A stretch of 64,000 nt of DNA from Auanema rhodensis (lineage: Eukaryota > Animalia > Nematoda), in assembly GCA_964057225.1 (NCBI GenBank), contig OZ059895.1, positions 12,524,001-12,588,000 of the forward strand, read 5' to 3'. Below, one piece after another: positions 60,001-64,000 of the stretch. How positions within the stretch are numbered: position 1 is the first letter of the stretch; every line of letters begins with the position of its first letter. The position numbers and the translations under genes are program-made. The notes beneath the pieces are model-generated. The model was not told the origin of the DNA, did no database searches, and was given only the letters and a program-made list of their open reading frames with translations.

Positions 60001-60401
60001 TGAGGTGTTTTAACGGAGAGACCAAAGCTAGTTCGCGTTGGTCTTTTATTCCGATCCGACTCTTGGTCGTCTTCGGAATCGGGGAGGGGTTGTTTTTTAG
60101 CTGTTTTGGTTTCTAGTTCCAAAATCAGGATGTTCGCTCTTGTTACTGTGTCAGCATGAAGCGTGGTTACCTCGTTTATTCTTCTGTTCAATTCAGAAAA
60201 CGTAGGTTCGGGGAGAAGAGAAGCAAGAGTAGCGAGAGATGATTCTTCAGACCTAAGTTGTGTGAGAGATGTGTGTAGGCGTAGAAGCGAAATGTTTTCT
60301 TGGTTCTCAGTTTTAGTTTTTATGAGTAGTTTGGCTAGTTGCTCAAATTTGTCTGCGAAATTGTGGAGTTTTTCATTGAAAACTTCTTCAGTACGGTCCA
60401 T
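54048..60401 (-). CDS. BEL Gag-PR-RT-RH-IN-Env polyprotein, copy 2 (likely start MDRTEE, 2117 aa to the env frameshift)
   Basis: Same motifs as copy 1 without the 7-bp insertion. Confidence 0.93.
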   Translation of the reverse strand: MDRTEEVFNEKLHNFADKFEQLAKLLIKTKTENQENISLLRLHTSLTQLRSEESSLATLASLLPEPTFSELNRRINEVTTLHADTVTRANILILELETKTAKKQPLPDSEDDQESDRNKRPTRTSFGLSVKTPQLSIPTFNGDSLTFPLFWNQFKTLIHNEPSLNIQQKNIFLAEALQGPARVHLENKPLNGEFYHQIIETLQNTYQPILAVDFRIYRNIRRLPVAKSDPTSLRSRVNEIRALLDQLDRARSQYIYNTEDPAWVTEISEKFPEEIIDMRCWRSPGENTISQILKDIEGIAYSKETSAYLRRERSEPQYRDQTQPFFSKPIKSSEKSERPCVFCDKQGHRPTKCPTITTPQERREIIKRKNRCWICFSPTHSSSKCKFESCRNCKKEHNYTLCLPKPTIKITKPSMNCTTISKSFHPSPAYLMTSQISLLNPLTNTYHTKTIFLDPGATQSFIHQKTAETCNLNTLATQNITATGFSGNKETFETKTVEAILQTPYGKIIKLILLTSPKPLTGNLKCCSLQIRDREFLEKTKISVTNQFINGETFSPDILLGMDWYDSVITEEPSISLPSGLKIKHTHFGPCIYGKTNNTHESIAVHSLIINPQIPEEVMIKQLFEIDSLGIAPHEGALNKSELFYNEYSTLLTFDNGYITAPLPLKKNAINIQSNRNLALATLNRLQISLQKDPNQQKYYQETFSQYLKENVIELVPADVEATRTYYMPHRGVWKPQKTKPLRIVFNASAKQKGQLSLNDITSTGESFTNKILDILIGIRTKSYFLMCDIEGAFTQIRIANDCKDLCRFLWLKDVNKPPTPNNIIEFRFNRLAFGITASPAVLNMSLHAYLNSHTSPFVEKTLRYLYVDNIFYTTNDQKELTDLYKDSKKIFSQISMNVREYFSNSSHFNNEIPAIDHHPDKNPKILGVLYNASKDSFVLTGQMRMQQSFTKRDMLSSLHSIYDPIGLAAPLLLPYKIILRQVMNSNVDWKEQVPEDLVADWNKASTKIGPFNIEVPRELSSKRDKKELWVFVDASTKAIAACAYLTTSTERAPIIMGKVKLAPKNRTLTIPRLELSAIFMGMKIAETVYNNLNEPNLAINIASDSQIALSWLITKKSVPVFISNMRQNIKEIGRRLEAQKASLHFHYVDTDHNPADIGTRGTTDQNLLKERWLFSPPWLSQMDNRPIKELTTPIDEDEPPMLILPVSTDIQPYESIIQPGRFSSYSKLQRTTGLVFKAALVLLQKINKTPTSTMLQRAQKEKQQSQTADLFLIQEAQKKLKQSEIKQFRTTKDNNGLRIIQTRLLNAKLPASTKYPFLLPKKSDLGKLILLSIHKENAHLGTTHMISLFLQKFFMAGTRQVCKSIIKKCVPCQKILSRPFTTDFLAPLPEDRITKAMPFKHTGLDCIGPIKYRKSEQIYIVIFTCLTVRAVHLEPINDMTSNTFLNAFIRFVARRGLPDVIRSDNGSNFVHSAKILNMLETYDSEHRTSFTKFLQKHHITWIFNTPSAPWTGGVWERLVAIVKTSLYKSLQLKLVNKDQLTTAIIKIEGIINSRPITYTNSDNVDDRPLKPADFLNNGSPVLVPGGNVEQLGQALDEPNPIQTNKEAFENLQKVEIIAESFWDRWSKEYLLCLRNAHASTKQTHRSSNHPTLNEVVLVEEDNLNRCNWQMARITALLPSSDNIFRSARIKLGNGKELTKPVEKLYPLELKDNFDKGRESQEITVNHLSHTPTNPNRLRNIFRFLMLIQIFSVAMTQPIIRCSTSQVVFPAQPNHSTICIDSSCHNLSAHQSEIIPLPISVLPKTASVSRFNLESTQNQTCKLPHPCDFPPPFILHIIGNPHCNPILAILIVLTPLIGCALLFISCGLIYRRLRTYRRQNEPTISYIPSLLFTLFFLICQAQACGSPNAHKNIEIFCDDIQNCTKITNEEISFNPLQNSLCSYIKYQNSTIGKLEIQLIQHKFSCQKVSQGFTRITNLTIHSSHRCAGTTHCPWGTGCDDIRQDTFVSELYSAYENPGRTYCTRAGGGLFNSCGLPIEGCILFRPTYQPENKEVYEEIKCIQWKQEVQAKLTIIYLNNTQKYDILLQPYRKYEFHGISLQISSVTAKATTELYNKIF

Positions 60402-61210
60402 TGCTACCGTTTTTTGATTTTTTGATGCAAAATGTATGACTTTTGAATTTCTTAGTTGAATTGTTGCAAAATGTGTTGGTAACTTTTTTGATTTTGAGAT
60501 TGAGATAGAGATAGAGATTCCGATGAGATGAGATGAAGCACTTAGATAGCTCAACCCAAGGCATCAAAATATCTTCAATCTTATTTCTATATTACAGTTA
60601 TAAACCAGTAGTTTATGAACCTTCATTTTAACTATTTTTTTATTTTTTATATTTATATTTTTTTTATTTTTATTTTGATATTTTGATGCCTTGGGTTGAG
60701 CTATCTAAGTAAAACTGCTGGAAAATTAAAAACATTTGTTACGGAAGAGATAAAATTGAAAATCAGCTGCATGGCGTACTTTCAACGTGGTATGGTCGTG
60801 AGCGAAAAAATCTGATATTCAATGATTTACATACTTATCCTCGTTATTGTTTTTTTTTCAATTTCATGTTAGTTATGTAATTTTCTACGTTACATCTAAA
60901 TTCCTCGATGATATCAAATCTTATGAGCTCCAAATACAATGAATTAAAAAAGGTTTCACAGTTGTATAGTGTTAAAACAATGTTTGTTTCAATAGGAAAT
61001 AGATAGAAACAGTAAAGTTAAGATGAAGGTTCAACTACTGGTTTATAACTGTAATATAGAAATAAGATTGAAGATATTTTGATGCCTTGGGTTGAGCTAT
61101 CTAAGTAAAACTGCTGGAAAATTAAAAACATTTGTTACGGAAGAGATAAAATTGAAAATCAGCTGCATTGCGTACTTTCAACGTGGTATGATCGTTAAAA
61201 AAATTTGAAA

Positions 61211-61329
61211 AGCTTACGGCACCCGGGATTCCCAAGCCGTCTCCGATCCAAGTACTAACCGGGCCCAACGTTGCTTGACTTGCCAGATCGGACGGGATGG
61301 CGTACTTTCAACGTGGTATGGTCGTAAGC
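61211..61329 (-). rRNA. 5S rRNA (G81 type)
   Basis: Reverse complement of 119-nt 5S. Confidence 0.97.
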
Positions 61330-62138
61330 GAAAATACCTGATATTCAATGATTTACATACTTATCCTCGTTATTGTTTTTTTTTCAATTTCATGTTAGTT
61401 ATGTAATTTTCTACGTTACATCTAAATTCCTCGATGATATCAAATCTTATGAGCTCCAAATACAATAAATTAAAAAAGGTTTCACAGTTGTATAGTGTTA
61501 AAACAATGTTTGTTTCAATAGGAAATAGATAGAAACAGTAAAGTTAAGATGAAGGTTCATAAACTACTGGTTTATAACTGTAACATAGAAATAAGATTGA
61601 AGATATTTTGATGCCTTGGGTTGAGCTATCTAAGTAAAACTGCTGGAAAATTAAAAACATTTGTTACGGAAGAGATAAAATTAAAAATCAGCTGCATGGC
61701 GTACTTTCAACGTGGTATGGTCGTGAGCGAAAAAATCTGATATTCAATGATTTACATACTTATCCTCGTTATTGTTTTTTTTTCAATTTCATGTTAGTTA
61801 TGTAATTTTCTACGTTACATCTAAATTCCTCGATGATATCAAATCTTATGAGCTCCAAATACAATAAATTAAAAAAGGTTTCACAGTTGTATAGTGTTAA
61901 AACAATGTTTGTTTCAATAGGAAATAGATAGAAACAGTAAAGTTAAGATGAAGGTTCATAAACTACTGGTTTATAACTGTAATATAGAAATAAGATTGAA
62001 GATATTTTGATGCCTTGGGTTGAGCTATCTAAGTAAAACTGCTGGAAAATTAAAAACATTTGTTACGGAAGAGATAAAATTGAAAATCAGCTGCATTGCG
62101 TACTTTCAACGTGGTATGATCGTTAAAAAAATTTGAAA

Positions 62139-62257
62139 AGCTTACGGCACCCGGGATTCCCAAGCCGTCTCCGATCCAAGTACTAACCGGGCCCAACGTT
62201 GCTTGACTTGCCAGATCGGACGGGATGGCGTACTTTCAACGTGGTATGGTCGTAAGC
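62139..62257 (-). rRNA. 5S rRNA (G81 type)
   Basis: Reverse complement of 119-nt 5S. Confidence 0.97.
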
Positions 62258-63465
62258 GAAAATACCTGATATTCAATGATTTACATACTTATCCTCGTTA
62301 TTGTTTTTTTTCCAATTTCATGTTAGTTATGTAATTTTCTACGTTACATCTAAATCCCTCGATGATATCAAATCTTATGAGATCCAAATACAATAAAATA
62401 AAAAAGGTTTCACAGTTGTATAGTGTTAAAACAATGTTTGTTTCAATAGGAAATAGATAGAAACAGTAAAGTTAAGATGAAGGTTCATAAACTACTGGTT
62501 TATAACTGTAATATAGAAATAAGATTGAAGATATTTTGATGCCTTGGGTTGAGCTATCTAAGTAAAACTGCTGGAAAATTAAAAACATTTGTTACGGAAG
62601 AGATAAAATTGAAAATCAGCTGCATGGCGTACTTTCAACGTGGTATGATCGTGAGCGAAAAAATCTGATATTCAATGATTTACATACTTATCCTCGTTAT
62701 TGTTTTTTTTTCAATTTCATGTTAGTTATGTAATTTTCTACGTTACATCTAAATTCCTCGATGATATCAAATCTTATGAGCTCCAAATACAATAAATTAA
62801 AAAAGATTTCACAGTTGTATAGTGTTAAAACAATGTTTGTTTCAATAGGAAATAGATAGAAACAGTAAAGTTAAGATGAAGGTTCATAAACTACTGGTTT
62901 ATAACTGTAACATAGAAATAAGATTGAAGATATTTTGATGCCTTGGGTTGAGCTATCTAAGTAAAACTGCTGGAAAATTAAAAACATTTGTTACGGAAGA
63001 GATAAAATTGAAAATCAGCTGCATGGCGTACTTTCAACGTGGTATGGTCGTGAGCGAAAAAATCTGATATTCAATGATTTACATACTTATCCTCGTTATT
63101 GTTTTTTTTTCAATTTCATGTTAGTTATGTAATTTTCTACGTTACATCTAAATTCCTCGATGATATCAAATCTTATGAGCTCCAAATACAATAAATTAAA
63201 AAAGGTTTCACAGTTGTATAGTGTTAAAACAATGTTTGTTTCAATAGGAAATAGATAGAAACAGTAAAGTTAAGATGAAGGTTCATAAACTACTGGTTTA
63301 TAACTGTAATATAGAAATAAGATTGAAGATATTTTGATGCCTTGGGTTGAGCTATCTAAGTAAAACTGCTGGAAAATTAAAAACATTTGTTACGGAAGAG
63401 ATAAAATTGAAAATCAGCTGCATTGCGTACTTTCAACGTGGTATGATCGTTAAAAAAATTTGAAA

Positions 63466-63584
63466 AGCTTACGGCACCCGGGATTCCCAAGCCGTCTCCG
63501 ATCCAAGTACTAACCGGGCCCAACGTTGCTTGACTTGCCAGATCGGACGGGATGGCGTACTTTCAACGTGGTATGGTCGTAAGC
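63466..63584 (-). rRNA. 5S rRNA (G81 type)
   Basis: Reverse complement of 119-nt 5S. Confidence 0.97.
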
Positions 63585-64000
63585 GAAAATACCTGATATT
63601 CAATGATTTACATACTTATCCTCGTTATTGTTTTTTTTCCAATTTCATGTTAGTTATGTAATTTTCTACGTTACATCTAAATCCCTCGATGATATCAAAT
63701 CTTATGAGATCCAAATACAATAAAATAAAAAAGGTTTCACAGTTGTATAGTGTTAAAACAATGTTTGTTTCAATAGGAAATAGATAGAAACAGTAAAGTT
63801 AAGATGAAGGTTCATAAACTACTGGTTTATAACTGTAATATAGAAATAAGATTGAAGATATTTTGATGCCTTGGGTTGAGCTATCTAAGTAAAACTGCTG
63901 GAAAATTAAAAACATTTGTTACGGAAGAGATAAAATTGAAAATCAGCTGCATGGCGTACTTTCAACGTGGTATGATCGTGAGCGAAAAAATCTGATATTC

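Larger units (their letters stand above)
52761..60540 (-). mobile_element. BEL/Pao copy 2, tandem, 5'-truncated (no 5' LTR or PBS)
   Basis: Near-identical to copy 1; ends at 60540 joined to 5S spacer. Confidence 0.95.
60677..64000 (-). repeat. 5S rDNA tandem array, opposite orientation
   Basis: Reverse complement of the same units; 3 full genes and 5 truncated fragments. Confidence 0.97.

Noticed and set aside
47055-60417. Short + strand ORFs opposite the BEL polyproteins, and similar ones opposite the gypsy ORFs
   Set aside because: Antisense shadows of long coding frames with no recognisable motifs
60402-60554. N-terminal extension of the 2168-aa ORF
   Set aside because: It starts in 5S spacer across the breakpoint and reads through low-complexity leader; MDRTEE at 60401 is the better start

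Overview
Eukaryotic (nematode-type) 5S rDNA locus invaded by two envelope-encoding LTR retrotransposons. 1-23957 is a + strand tandem array of 30 full 119-nt 5S genes (529-bp units) mixed with 18 truncated 5'-fragment units (399 bp), organised into higher-order repeats; no SL1 gene is seen in the spacer. 23958-44682 is a rearranged Ty3/gypsy element (339-bp LTRs, CTAA target duplication, tRNA-Gln PBS). Repairing two visible lesions (an 8-bp deletion absent from its inverted duplicate, and a 46-bp fold-back insertion) gives one 2946-aa polyprotein in the unusual order Gag - internal signal peptide - herpes-gB-like glycoprotein - TM - protease - RT - RNase H - integrase, followed by an unknown helical ORF. 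This Env-between-Gag-and-Pol architecture is the main finding. The element also contains a 5.1-kb inverted duplication and a 3.8-kb direct duplication with 5S-derived filler at one junction. 44847-60540 is a - strand BEL/Pao element with a phlebovirus-like Gn/Gc env, inserted at nt 95-97 of the next 5S gene and present as a tandem pair sharing an LTR. From 60677 the 5S array resumes in the opposite orientation after a fold-back junction. All protein assignments come from motif recognition by eye; no searches were run, and some junctions could be assembly artefacts.
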